DNA of 64,000 nt from a virus, in the IMG/VR virus record IMGVR_UViG_3300033182_000371, positions 1 to 64,000 of that record. One strand, given 5' to 3'. Below the pieces are notes generated by a model. It searched no databases. It had not been told where the DNA came from and saw nothing but the letters and a program-made list of their open reading frames with translations. Below are positions 18,433 to 27,749 of the stretch, piece by piece. How positions within the stretch are numbered: the stretch's first letter is position 1; every line of letters begins with the position of its first letter. A program made the translations under genes and the position numbers.

Positions 18433-19002
18433 TTATAACACATCTTCTAACTTTTTGACGCGCCAGACCACAGTATATCTATACACATAGGGATGGCGTG
18501 GTCCTAGACCTCTGTGAGGAATCTCAGACGGAAAAATAAGAACTCTGCCAGGAACATACTCATGCTCCTCAATGACATTATCGTTGTCATCTACGATTTG
18601 AAACTGTCCACCCCACTCTTTAGTATCCCATTTAGTATTAACCATGTACATGATAGTATGATCTCCAGGATCTCCATCAACATGGGATGTGCCATCACAA
18701 AAAGAATGCTGCAGATTGAAATCGATTCTATTAAGAAACAGTCTCTCTTCAATGCTATTCTCAATATGATCTAGCATATCAAAGAAGCACTCAGTTTTAG
18801 GAACCCAGTTAACTATTTTATTAATCGATTGTCTCTCAAAGAGATTCTCTCCAAATAGTTTATGAGTTCCATGCTGCCCTGCAGGATAACCTGTTCCGTT
18901 TGCCTCATTAATAGCAGTTACAGGAAGATGAAGCATAGTCTTTTCGACTCGCATCATATAATCATAATCAAAAAGATTATCAAAAATTTGAGCAATCATC
19001 AA
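18433..19002 (-). CDS. 2OG-Fe(II) oxygenase
   Basis: HVD, WGGQF, PGRVLIFPSEIPH, RYTV. Confidence 0.85.
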   Translation of the reverse strand: MMIAQIFDNLFDYDYMMRVEKTMLHLPVTAINEANGTGYPAGQHGTHKLFGENLFERQSINKIVNWVPKTECFFDMLDHIENSIEERLFLNRIDFNLQHSFCDGTSHVDGDPGDHTIMYMVNTKWDTKEWGGQFQIVDDNDNVIEEHEYVPGRVLIFPSEIPHRGLGPRHPYVYRYTVVWRVKKLEDVL

Positions 19003-19328
19003 TCACGCTGTCTCCAGTCATCAGGTTTATCTCTTTGAAACCAATCAACAATTTCATCTGCTGACTGGAATCCCGTTCTGTGGTTGGATGGGTCGGGGTC
19101 ACCTAAACCCATCCTATTCATAAAATCATCCATGCTCCCTTCTTGAATATCACCAGAAGCTTGGCGTCGTGCTTTGTTTAACCAGTCTCTTGCCGTTGTA
19201 TATGACTTGGCAAGTTTCTCTGCCCAGATCATATCTTCAAGATTCACCTCTTCGTTGTTCGATATCTTTTTGCAGATATCTTCAAGACGAAGACGATACT
19301 GTGTTGACAGCATACCACATATGTCCAA
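18999..19328 (-). CDS. Hypothetical cyanophage protein
   Basis: MLSTQYRLRLE...DDWRQRD; ATGA overlap. Confidence 0.75.
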   Translation of the reverse strand: MDICGMLSTQYRLRLEDICKKISNNEEVNLEDMIWAEKLAKSYTTARDWLNKARRQASGDIQEGSMDDFMNRMGLGDPDPSNHRTGFQSADEIVDWFQRDKPDDWRQRD

Positions 19329-19345
19329 TCTTTCTAGTATTTAGA

Positions 19346-19432
19346 CGGAGAGTTAGGGATTTGAACCCTAGATGAAGTTACCCCCATACAGCATTTCCAG
19401 TGCTGCTCCTTAAACCACTCGGACAACTCTCC
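19346..19432 (-). tRNA. tRNA-Ser(GGA)
   Basis: GGAGAGT...CAGCA-CTGGAAA-TGCTG, long variable arm, GGTTCAAATCC...ACTCTCCG. Confidence 0.92.
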
Positions 19433-19485
19433 AAGGTGGGTCGGATATGATGATCCCGACCCATATGATAGACAACGCCTATCAA

Positions 19486-19557
19486 AGCCCCCGACAAGAT
19501 TTGAACTTGCGACATCGGCTTTACAAAAGCCGCGCTCTACCACTGAGCTACAAGGGC
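19486..19557 (-). tRNA. tRNA-Thr(UGU)
   Basis: GCCCTTG...CGGCT-TTTGTAA-AGCCG...GTTCAAATC...CGGGGGCT. Confidence 0.93.
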
Positions 19558-19566
19558 GTGTGATAT

Positions 19567-20208
19567 TTATTTCACCACAGCGATGACAGGTTTGTAAAGC
19601 CAACCTGTCTTGCAGTAATTGCAGTGCTCAGGAACTTCAACCTCATAAGGTTTGAAACTCATGTCAAACTTTGTTTCAAGTTCCATATTACTTAACATAA
19701 CATAGAACCGATCAACATGTCCCTGCATTGGAGCACCTTGGGTAGAACAATAGAAAGAGAACTTTGCTTTCTCGTTCGAATGTTCACTGATACATGTTAC
19801 CATAAAATGAATGATATCGCAACCAGCGTATTGAAGAATCTCTGGTGTCATCCACTTCTCTTCAATGTAAGGATCATAAAAGAAGCAATCGTACTTTCCA
19901 AGATGATCCCTACAAGGCCATCCTTGATTGAGCACTGTAATGTTTTTATAATCCTTTGCCCATTCCAATGCTCTCGCATATGCAACAGGGTCTGGTTCTA
20001 GAACAGTATATGATTTGATGTCATGTTTCTGAAACTGGGTCGCAGAGTATCCCATACCAAAACCAACCTCTAGGATATCTCCGTAAGGTTCTAAGGCATC
20101 GACACATTCTTCCATATACTTCTTCTCCCATTCCATCATATATTGATGGTCTTCGGAAGTTCCGTAAAGAATATCTTCGTCGTTTATGTCTTTTGTGTAT
20201 TTTGCCAT
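19567..20208 (-). CDS. Class I SAM methyltransferase, GAMT/Rmt2-like
   Basis: MMEWEKKYM, ILEVGFGMGYSA, YDCFFYDPY. Confidence 0.8.
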   Translation of the reverse strand: MAKYTKDINDEDILYGTSEDHQYMMEWEKKYMEECVDALEPYGDILEVGFGMGYSATQFQKHDIKSYTVLEPDPVAYARALEWAKDYKNITVLNQGWPCRDHLGKYDCFFYDPYIEEKWMTPEILQYAGCDIIHFMVTCISEHSNEKAKFSFYCSTQGAPMQGHVDRFYVMLSNMELETKFDMSFKPYEVEVPEHCNYCKTGWLYKPVIAVVK

Positions 20209-20630
20209 GGGAAATAATCTTTTTTCATATACCTCCCAAGAATATTACTATTGTAATACTTTGGAGTTCCATCTTCTAAGGATTCAGTCAAAACATTATG
20301 AAGGAATAATTGCTTAGTCTCTTCGAAATTAACAAATCCTTTCGTCTTATGTAGGCTTAAAATTTCTCTCTTGAAATTAGAGTTCCCAAGCTCCTTTCTT
20401 TCTGCGCTAAGTTCATCAGAACTGCCATAGTATTTCTTCCAGTCACTTTCACTTCTAACTCTCCTAGTTTTGCCTCTAGGCTTTCGTAGCGACCAGAAGT
20501 ACTTTCTGCCAATGTAAATCCGACCAGAAATGAGATTAGTGATACGGTAGACAAACCCGTAGTAATCACCAATATCCTCACTACTGAACGGAGTACCTTC
20601 GTAAGTCCATGGGTTTTCATAATCAACCAT
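20184..20630 (-). CDS. GIY-YIG nuclease (T4 endonuclease II-like)
   Basis: GFVY-x9-IYIGRK, YYGSS, conserved E and YN. Confidence 0.8.
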   Translation of the reverse strand: MVDYENPWTYEGTPFSSEDIGDYYGFVYRITNLISGRIYIGRKYFWSLRKPRGKTRRVRSESDWKKYYGSSDELSAERKELGNSNFKREILSLHKTKGFVNFEETKQLFLHNVLTESLEDGTPKYYNSNILGRYMKKDYFPWQNTQKT

Positions 20631-20681
20631 GCTCTAAAGTCTTTAAGATTATTTAGAGCTCATCCGAAAACCGACAAACCA

Positions 20682-20717
20682 ATTCTACTCATAAAAAAGG
20701 AGGGTGTCAAGCCCTCC
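20682..20717 (-). promoter_or_regulatory. Sigma70 promoter embedded in a terminator
   Basis: TTGACA (20705-20710)-N17-TAGAAT (20682-20687); hairpin GGAGGG/CCCTCC plus T6. Confidence 0.8.
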
Positions 20718-20725
20718 CAGTATTA

Positions 20726-22459
20726 TCAGACTCCTTTATATCCTGGTGCCTTAATTTCTTTTGGTTTCCCATCAGGACCAGTTACATACTTGACCCCAGA
20801 CTTACCAGTCTTCGGAGACTCCCAAGGATTCAAGGTTCCCTTAACTGGAGGGAATGCCTCGCCCAGGACCTCCTCTACGATGCTTTCGATCTGTTCAGCG
20901 GTCAGTTGCTCCATGATCGCCTCAGCGTGCTCTACGCTGTCCATGAGACCATTCTCATCAAGATATGTTAGAATGACATCATAGAGATTAAAATCATCCT
21001 TCATCCAACGGGGAACAGTATCGTCCTTCTGGGCTGCCATTTCCTTGCGAGCCTTCTCATTGTTCTCCTGACGCTTCTTCATATTTGTTTCCAAATACGA
21101 ATCATCCTTCTTGTCTTTCTTGTATTGAGGATGATCGTCTACACTATGTCCACGCTTTTTCTCAAGACGCTTCTTACGCTCTTCAGTGCCCTTCTCGGCA
21201 TCAACATCACGGACACCTTCCTTAACACAGTTAGGAACTTGACGACCGTCCTTAGTCTTAGTACCCTTTGCCTTGTAACCATCCCAGCACTTGCTAGCAC
21301 CGACATTCTTCCGTGCCTGCTTCAAGGATTCGATGACAGATTTAGTTTCTTCAACCATCTCACCCTCAACTTCATGAGAATTCATCAGAGGATTCTTAGT
21401 ATTGTAAGTCATCTTAGACTTAGGAGGATTGGCACTCATCAGGGGGTTAGGTGTCATGCCAGATCTTCTGCCATAGTTAGCACCAAACTTTGCCTTGAAC
21501 TTAGTTTGTCCAAGAGTCTCTGCCTGTCTAGTAGCAGCAGATGCTGCTTTAAAGTCTCCTGCAGCACTAGCTGACTTTGCCTTTGCCTGCAGTGCCTTGT
21601 AGTCAGCGTTGGGATCGGGTTTGGGTGCAGGTTTGGGTGTAGAGGGTTGAGAAGAGTATGCAGACCCCGTAGAGGTCGATCCAGTTCTTGCTACCTGTGC
21701 GTTCTGCTTTGCTACTTCCTGTTTGGCAACATTAGCAGCGGCAGAACGCACACCAGTTTGTGCGGGTGGTGGAGTGGATGCTGCTTTTGTTTCTGCTTTC
21801 TGTTGAGCAAGTTTCTGTTGCTTCTGTGCAGCAGTGATAGCAGTAGAGGTAGTGCTACCACCTTCACCATACTTATTGGTTCCAAAGAATTTCTCAGCAT
21901 CAGCAGCTGGGACCTGTGGTCTAGGAGGAACATACGGTTGAGCAACTCTTGGTCTTGGACCAACACCTTGTTCTGGACCTGGCGATTTTTTGTTCCTGTT
22001 GCGCCAGTTATTCATAGTGCCTCTAATAAGATCTAGAGGGAAAAATCCTGTTGCTTGCTGTTCAAAAACAATCGCTCTTGCCTGCTTTTTCTCAGCAGTC
22101 TCAAGATTCTCATGGATGCGAGGATTGACTGCCTTCATGGCAGAAATAAACTCAGGTCCAACAACATCCATCGGGAGTGCTTCGATGATGTTATCCAGAA
22201 GTCTGGCACTCTCATATCCTTCGCCAATCAGAACCTCAGCAATGGCGCGATACTGCTCAGCATAGACAGGGTTCATTGCATGCAGTCTCTTCAGGTAGAA
22301 GGACTCGCATGTGCATTTATCTACTTTCTTCTTATCTACTTTCTTTCCTTGAGGATTGTCGTCTTTTCTGTTCCAATCTTTTACTTCTTCCTCAGATTTC
22401 TTGCCTTCGGCAATCTGAGCATAGGATTCAGAAAGTTTATCTAAGTGAGAGCGATTCAT
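20726..22459 (-). CDS. Large modular low-complexity protein, probable late/internal head protein
   Basis: 577-aa ORF preceded by TATAAATA (22486-22493); shares the CWDGY...VPNCVKE module with 29485-30624. Confidence 0.75.
   Translation of the reverse strand: MNRSHLDKLSESYAQIAEGKKSEEEVKDWNRKDDNPQGKKVDKKKVDKCTCESFYLKRLHAMNPVYAEQYRAIAEVLIGEGYESARLLDNIIEALPMDVVGPEFISAMKAVNPRIHENLETAEKKQARAIVFEQQATGFFPLDLIRGTMNNWRNRNKKSPGPEQGVGPRPRVAQPYVPPRPQVPAADAEKFFGTNKYGEGGSTTSTAITAAQKQQKLAQQKAETKAASTPPPAQTGVRSAAANVAKQEVAKQNAQVARTGSTSTGSAYSSQPSTPKPAPKPDPNADYKALQAKAKSASAAGDFKAASAATRQAETLGQTKFKAKFGANYGRRSGMTPNPLMSANPPKSKMTYNTKNPLMNSHEVEGEMVEETKSVIESLKQARKNVGASKCWDGYKAKGTKTKDGRQVPNCVKEGVRDVDAEKGTEERKKRLEKKRGHSVDDHPQYKKDKKDDSYLETNMKKRQENNEKARKEMAAQKDDTVPRWMKDDFNLYDVILTYLDENGLMDSVEHAEAIMEQLTAEQIESIVEEVLGEAFPPVKGTLNPWESPKTGKSGVKYVTGPDGKPKEIKAPGYKGV
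21218..21325 (-). repeat. Copy 1 of a 108-nt coding module (LKQARKNVGAxKCWDGY...VPNCVKE)
   Basis: Aligns without gaps to 30148-30255; 29 nt identical (21297-21325 = 30227-30255). Confidence 0.9.
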
Positions 22460-22499
22460 CTTTGGTACTCAGACTCCAATAAAGATATTTATATCTACA

Positions 22500-22540
22500 C
22501 AAAAAGAAGACTTCCCTGATATTTGCCAGGGAAGTCTTCT
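22500..22540 (-). terminator. Intrinsic terminator with 14-bp stem
   Basis: AGAAGACTTCCCTG/CAGGGAAGTCTTCT followed by Ts. Confidence 0.85.
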
Positions 22541-22576
22541 GCGCCGACGATATTCAATTTTATTTATCAGGAAGTA

Positions 22577-22660
22577 TTAGGGGAGAACGGCGGCGATCGT
22601 TCCCCCAAAGAAAAGAGTCATTACTGTTCCTAATGTTAAGGTGGCGGTTGTGAAATTCAT
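22577..22660 (-). CDS. Hydrophobic micropeptide (27 aa)
   Basis: MNFTTATLTLGTVMTLFFGGTIAAVLP; GGAGG SD; TATAAT at 22680-22685. Confidence 0.65.
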   Translation of the reverse strand: MNFTTATLTLGTVMTLFFGGTIAAVLP

Positions 22661-22694
22661 CGTCCCTCCATAGGTCTATATTATATAGCAATTA

Positions 22695-22711
22695 TGTATC
22701 ATAATGATACA
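22695..22711. promoter_or_regulatory. Palindromic operator-like site TGTATCAT-A-ATGATACA
   Basis: Perfect 8-bp inverted repeat 9 nt upstream of the micropeptide -10 box. Confidence 0.65.
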
Positions 22712-22756
22712 AAAGTCTGTCACAACCGCTACTAAATCCGAAGCAATTGTTAAAGA

Positions 22757-22933
22757 TTACAGATAATCCTTACGCTTGTACTTGTTCTTCAACGCTTGTA
22801 GCATCCATGCTTGAGCAAGACTCTTTGGACCATGCATGATTACATTAGATTCCTTCTCACCGATTGTGGGATCAGCAAGAGCAAGTTTTTTCCATTCTGG
22901 CAGTTCAGAGTTTTCCACCGACTTTACCATCAT
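22757..22933 (-). CDS. Hypothetical protein (58 aa)
   Basis: Manual translation MMVKSVENSELPEWKKLALADP...GPKSLAQAWMLQALKNKYKRKDYL. Confidence 0.6.
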   Translation of the reverse strand: MMVKSVENSELPEWKKLALADPTIGEKESNVIMHGPKSLAQAWMLQALKNKYKRKDYL

Positions 22934-23123
22934 TCATTACCCTACTAGACGCTTCATCCCACCCCTCCTGTCTACCTTTGAGATAAAAACGAGTCATTCT
23001 AATACACAGTTTTTCAGACAAAGCAGTTACTAATTCTTCACCATCTTTTGATGCACTGTGCCACATTTTATATTTTGTTTCGTAGACACGAAATGCATCA
23101 TCATGCCATTCATATTCACTCAT
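22905..23123 (-). CDS. Hypothetical protein
   Basis: ORF track; likely start MSEYEWHDDAFRV. Confidence 0.7.
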   Translation of the reverse strand: MSEYEWHDDAFRVYETKYKMWHSASKDGEELVTALSEKLCIRMTRFYLKGRQEGWDEASSRVMNDGKVGGKL

Positions 23124-23331
23124 AATTTTTTTTGTTAAATCCAAAGGGTTGGTTCTCAAGTTCTTTTTGAACCCTAAGTTTCTGTGCAAGCTTGCAGACA
23201 GTTTCCATTACTTTGAGTGTGTCCTCAATGGTTGATTCCACTGGCATTTGATTACGGACAATATCAAACAATGGAAAGAATTGTTCTGCTGCTTCAGTAA
23301 CTTCTTCAGTCGTTAATGGTTTTGTATTCAC
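23116..23331 (-). CDS. Hypothetical protein
   Basis: ORF track; GTGA overlap with nrdB. Confidence 0.65.
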   Translation of the reverse strand: MNTKPLTTEEVTEAAEQFFPLFDIVRNQMPVESTIEDTLKVMETVCKLAQKLRVQKELENQPFGFNKKNYE

Positions 23332-24509
23332 AATTGGAATCCTGCAAAGGTATCTTTTTCGACATCCTGTTTGATGCCACCGACAATATAGGACTCGACT
23401 TCGGTCTCTTGGGGAGCAACCTGAAGACCTTTGGACGAGATCCAGTGTTGTGTCCAGGGGAGGGGGTTATTTTTGGCAGAGATATCATAAAGAGGTTTCA
23501 GCCCAATGGCTTTCATACGACGATTAGCAATCCATTCGACATACTGGCACAGAAGTTTTTCATTCAGACCAATCATGGATCCATCTTTGAACAAATATTC
23601 TGCCCACTGCTTCTCCTGATTTACAGCATGCTGGAAGGTTTGAATCAACCAGGATTCCTCTTCCTTAGCAATCCTTTGCATGTCTGGGTCATCACCTTCA
23701 CGCCATTTGTTGATGATGTTTTGAGTAATGACAAGGTGCTGATTTTCGTCTCTTGCGATGAGAGAGATAATTTTAGCGGATCCTTCCATAAGCTTGAGTT
23801 CACCAAACGCAAACGAGCAAGCGAACGAGACATAAAACCTGATGCCTTCGAGAATGTTGACATTAGCTACAGCACGAAAAAGTTTTCTCTTAAGTTCATA
23901 GCGATTTTCTTTAAAGGTTCCAGCACCTTCTTGTGCATACTTCCAGTCATCACTGACACCATACTGCTGAGCAGCATTAATGAAGTCGTCATATGCCTGA
24001 GTGATAGCAGCAGCTCTCTCCAGAATCCTCTCGTCGTCGATGATGGTATCAAATACTTCAGAGGGATCACTGTATACATTTTTGATGATGTATGTGTATG
24101 AGCGACTATGGATCATCTCCATGAATTGCCATACATTCATACATGCCTCCAGTTCAGGGAGGGAACAGTATGGCGAGAATGCCATACCAGGACCACGACC
24201 CTGAATAGAGTCTAGCATAACCTGATACTTTAGGTTGCTAGTGAAAATATGTTTTTGTTCTGGACGAAGTGTCTGATAATCAGCACGATCTTTTTGAAGA
24301 GAGACTTCCTCGGGTCTCCAGAAGTAACCCAATTGTTGTTGAGTCAGTTTGTCAAAGATTGGATACTTATAGGAATCGTATCTCTGAATGCTAAGGGGAG
24401 AACCAAAAAACATTGGTTGCTTTTTGGGGTCTGATGCGGTTGTATTGAAGACAGTCATTCCTTGAATAACTGGGTCTTGTTCTTTGATCCTAAATTGCAC
24501 AGGCGTCAC
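23328..24509 (-). CDS. nrdB: Ribonucleotide reductase class Ia beta subunit
   Basis: FWRPEEV, LDSIQGR, EMIHSRSY (radical Tyr), LEGIRFY, RDENQH, VAPQETE. Confidence 0.98.
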   Translation of the reverse strand: MTPVQFRIKEQDPVIQGMTVFNTTASDPKKQPMFFGSPLSIQRYDSYKYPIFDKLTQQQLGYFWRPEEVSLQKDRADYQTLRPEQKHIFTSNLKYQVMLDSIQGRGPGMAFSPYCSLPELEACMNVWQFMEMIHSRSYTYIIKNVYSDPSEVFDTIIDDERILERAAAITQAYDDFINAAQQYGVSDDWKYAQEGAGTFKENRYELKRKLFRAVANVNILEGIRFYVSFACSFAFGELKLMEGSAKIISLIARDENQHLVITQNIINKWREGDDPDMQRIAKEEESWLIQTFQHAVNQEKQWAEYLFKDGSMIGLNEKLLCQYVEWIANRRMKAIGLKPLYDISAKNNPLPWTQHWISSKGLQVAPQETEVESYIVGGIKQDVEKDTFAGFQL

Positions 24510-26784
24510 ACTCCTCTTGCTTGCTTAAATTTTCGAGTAAGTTTTCTAGTACTGATTCAGTTTTAGTCTCTTCTAATTCATCCGTTTTATTGTCGTAGGT
24601 GTTCTGATAGTAGGATGTTTTCCACCCGTACTTATATGTAGTCAGAAGATCATTTGCCATGACAGAAACGGGTACTTCATTGTCGCTGTAGTTCTCTGGG
24701 TTGTAACTCCAGTTACCAGAGATAGCCTGGTCGAAGAACTTTTGCATTACGGCGACGATCTTGATATAGCCTTCATTAGACGCCATATCCCAGAGAAGGG
24801 TGTAGTGAGACTTGAGACTATTATACTGCGGAACGATCTGCTTGAGCGGACCCTTCTTCGATTTCTTAGTGGACAAGAATCCACGAGGAGGTTCGATTCC
24901 GTTGGTTGCATTTGACACAACGGAACTGCTCTCCGATGGCATCTGTGCGGACAGTGTTGAGTTCCGTAATCCGTATGCAACGATAGACTCTCTAAGACCT
25001 TCCCAATCATAGTTTAACTTATGCGGTACAATTCCGTCAACATCCTTCTTGTATGTATCAATCGGAAGAATACCTGAAGAATATTTGGTACGGTTGAAGT
25101 AACCACAAGGACCAATCTCTTTTGCAAGTTGATTGGATGCCTTCAGCAGATAGTACTGGAACGCCTCTGTAAGGTCGTGTACGAGTTGATGTGCTTCTTG
25201 ATCATCATAACCCACCTTATGCTTAGCAAGATAGTGTGCAAGACCAATATAACCCACACCCAGGGAACGACGATTCTTGGTGCCTACCTCTGCTGCTTTG
25301 ACAGGATATCCTTGGAAGTCGATGAGAGCATCCAGACCACGCACAGAGAGGTCACAGAGTTCCTCTAACTCATCAAGGTTACGAAGTTTGCCTACATTGA
25401 TTGCAGACAGAATACAGAGAGCAATTTCACCCTCTCCATCAATATGCTGAAGTGGTTTAGTCGGTAAAGTAATCTCTTGACAGAGATTGCTCATCTCTAC
25501 CTTATCCAAGAAGGAAGAGTGGGAATTGCAGTGGTCGATATTCATGATATACAAACGACCAGTCTCTGCCCTCTCCTTGAGAATGCTCAGGAAAAGTTCT
25601 TGTGCTGAAACAGACTGTCTTGGAACAGACTTATCTGATTCATAACCCACATAAAGCTCGTCAAATCTATCAGTACCAAAAGCATCATACAGACCAGGAA
25701 CATCGTGCGGACTGAAGAGTGAGATGTCTTGGTTCTTGATGAAACGCTCATAGAAGAGTTTGGTGATTTGGATGCTATAGTCTAAGCGACGAACACGATT
25801 ATCCTCAGTTCCCTTATTATTTTTTAGGACAATGATGTCTTGGATTTCTTTGTGCCAGATTGGGAAGTGGACAGTTGCTGATCCACCTCTGATGCCATTT
25901 TGAGTGCAGCATCTGACAGTTGCTTCAAACTTTTTGAGGAAAGGGATAACACCTGTGTGTTGAACTTCTCCGCCTCTGATCTTACTGTTGATGCCACGGA
26001 TCCTACCCGCGTTGATGCCGATACCCGCCCTTTGTGCAACATATCTGCCGATAGCCATATCAGAACTAAAGATGCTATCGAGGGAGTCATCAACATCAAC
26101 AAGAACACAGCTAGCAAATTGTCGAAGTGGAGTTCTAACCCCTCCCATGATAGGTGTGGGAATGTTGATTTTGTGCTTTGAGATTGCGTCGTAGTACCTC
26201 TTGACATAATCGAGACGGGTTTCCTTAGGATACTCAGCAAAGATCGTAGCAGCGATCATCAAGTACATGAACTGGGGAGTCTCATAGACATCTCCAGTGC
26301 TACGATCCTGAACGAGATATTTATCTGCTACCTGGCGAAGACCAGCATAGGTGAACAGGAAGTCACGCTCATGGTCAAGATATCCATTCAGTTTTTCCCA
26401 CTCTTCTGCAGAATATTTTACCGCAATTTCTGCATCATAAACTCCTCTTTTTATGGATTGCTCCACATGCTGCTGCAAGGTGGGGCACTCATGCATACGA
26501 CCCCACAGTTGTTTCCTGAGGGCAAACAGGAGCAGTCTGGCAGCAACGAATTGATAGTTCGGATTCTCAAGGTCAATCAGATCGCTAGCACTACGAATCA
26601 GGATCTCCTGAATTTCAGCAGTGGTAACACCATCATAAAACTGAATACCAGAATTAATTTCAATCTGAGAAGCAGAGACGCCAGCAAGATCTTTACATGC
26701 TTCGTCTACCATCTTATGCATCTTATTGAGATCAAGTGATTCAAGTTCACCAGATCTTTTACGAACTTTAGTCCCGTTGGTCAT
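24490..26784 (-). CDS. nrdA: Ribonucleotide reductase class Ia alpha subunit
   Basis: ATP cone, QFASCVL, SNLCQEI, ALCILS, TSYY, C-terminal CDAC. Confidence 0.98.
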   Translation of the reverse strand: MTNGTKVRKRSGELESLDLNKMHKMVDEACKDLAGVSASQIEINSGIQFYDGVTTAEIQEILIRSASDLIDLENPNYQFVAARLLLFALRKQLWGRMHECPTLQQHVEQSIKRGVYDAEIAVKYSAEEWEKLNGYLDHERDFLFTYAGLRQVADKYLVQDRSTGDVYETPQFMYLMIAATIFAEYPKETRLDYVKRYYDAISKHKINIPTPIMGGVRTPLRQFASCVLVDVDDSLDSIFSSDMAIGRYVAQRAGIGINAGRIRGINSKIRGGEVQHTGVIPFLKKFEATVRCCTQNGIRGGSATVHFPIWHKEIQDIIVLKNNKGTEDNRVRRLDYSIQITKLFYERFIKNQDISLFSPHDVPGLYDAFGTDRFDELYVGYESDKSVPRQSVSAQELFLSILKERAETGRLYIMNIDHCNSHSSFLDKVEMSNLCQEITLPTKPLQHIDGEGEIALCILSAINVGKLRNLDELEELCDLSVRGLDALIDFQGYPVKAAEVGTKNRRSLGVGYIGLAHYLAKHKVGYDDQEAHQLVHDLTEAFQYYLLKASNQLAKEIGPCGYFNRTKYSSGILPIDTYKKDVDGIVPHKLNYDWEGLRESIVAYGLRNSTLSAQMPSESSSVVSNATNGIEPPRGFLSTKKSKKGPLKQIVPQYNSLKSHYTLLWDMASNEGYIKIVAVMQKFFDQAISGNWSYNPENYSDNEVPVSVMANDLLTTYKYGWKTSYYQNTYDNKTDELEETKTESVLENLLENLSKQEECDACAI

Positions 26785-27749
26785 ACCTTTTTCCACTCTG
26801 TAAACTTAACTTTTGCTTCTAATCCTGAGTATGTATTTGATTTTAACATGCCGTTAACATCATGTCCAGCAAGGACCATATCATTGATGTCTTTTTCTAC
26901 AATTCCACTTGGCCAGATGACGACTCTTTCGCCTCTTGATATGCAGTTGTCAATGCGATCGACAATCTCTCTATTGCGGGGCTCATTATCATAAACATAA
27001 ATGAGATCATTTCCCTCAAGACAACGAAGATCACCGTCAGCGCCACACAAAGCCACGCTATTGTCGATAAAAGTGCTGTCCAGGGGTCCTTCGACCACAT
27101 AGACAGGTAGTCCTGAATCGATTGTGTCGTATCCATAAATTTTTGGTGCATGATCATCAAGCATCACGGTAATATATTTAACACGGTTAGGACCTATAGC
27201 CCTTCCCTGAAAACCAATTAGGTTTTGATTATAAAACAAAGGAATGATTATCCTAGATTCTTCGTGAGAAGTGCTCGTGAATACCTCTTGAAAAGTATTG
27301 GCAAATGACTTGAACTTCTCAGCAAAGTAAAACTTGGACGGGTCAATCTTCCGTCCTTCCAGATACTTTTTTGCGGTTTCTACCTCACTGCACAGAGGAA
27401 GATCCAACTTTGCAATGAACTTAGGTTTTTCAAAAACAAACTCTGGTTCTTCAATAACAAAGTTCTTACCAGTATGTCCCTCTTTAAACTTCTCGATAGA
27501 ATACTTTTTATGCAGAGTAGTATCTAACTTCTTCAAGAAGTTGTTAAGGGACATCGAAGCACCACAATTGTGGCACTTGAAGTTTGTATTATTTTTGACT
27601 GTATAGATGTACCCACGCGCTTTGTTCTTGTAACGCTGGGAGTCTCCACAGATAGGGCAACGAAAATTATAAAGATCTGCCTTTACTCTTTTAAACTTCT
27701 GGAGTCTAGCAGAGACAAGACCGATATACTTGGAATCAATTAAGTCCAT
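26781..27749 (-). CDS. gp61: DNA primase (T4 gp61)
   Basis: CPICGDS...CHNC zinc finger, VEGPLDS, YDNEPRN, KDIND. Confidence 0.97.
   Translation of the reverse strand: MDLIDSKYIGLVSARLQKFKRVKADLYNFRCPICGDSQRYKNKARGYIYTVKNNTNFKCHNCGASMSLNNFLKKLDTTLHKKYSIEKFKEGHTGKNFVIEEPEFVFEKPKFIAKLDLPLCSEVETAKKYLEGRKIDPSKFYFAEKFKSFANTFQEVFTSTSHEESRIIIPLFYNQNLIGFQGRAIGPNRVKYITVMLDDHAPKIYGYDTIDSGLPVYVVEGPLDSTFIDNSVALCGADGDLRCLEGNDLIYVYDNEPRNREIVDRIDNCISRGERVVIWPSGIVEKDINDMVLAGHDVNGMLKSNTYSGLEAKVKFTEWKKV

Noticed and set aside
16894-19603. ORFs 16894-17157 (+), 19169-19375 (+) and 19334-19603 (-)
   Set aside because: They read through tRNA genes.
22695-22732. Canonical NtcA-activated promoter
   Set aside because: Spacing is N9 rather than N8, and the second site has a mismatch and non-canonical distance; kept only as an unassigned operator.
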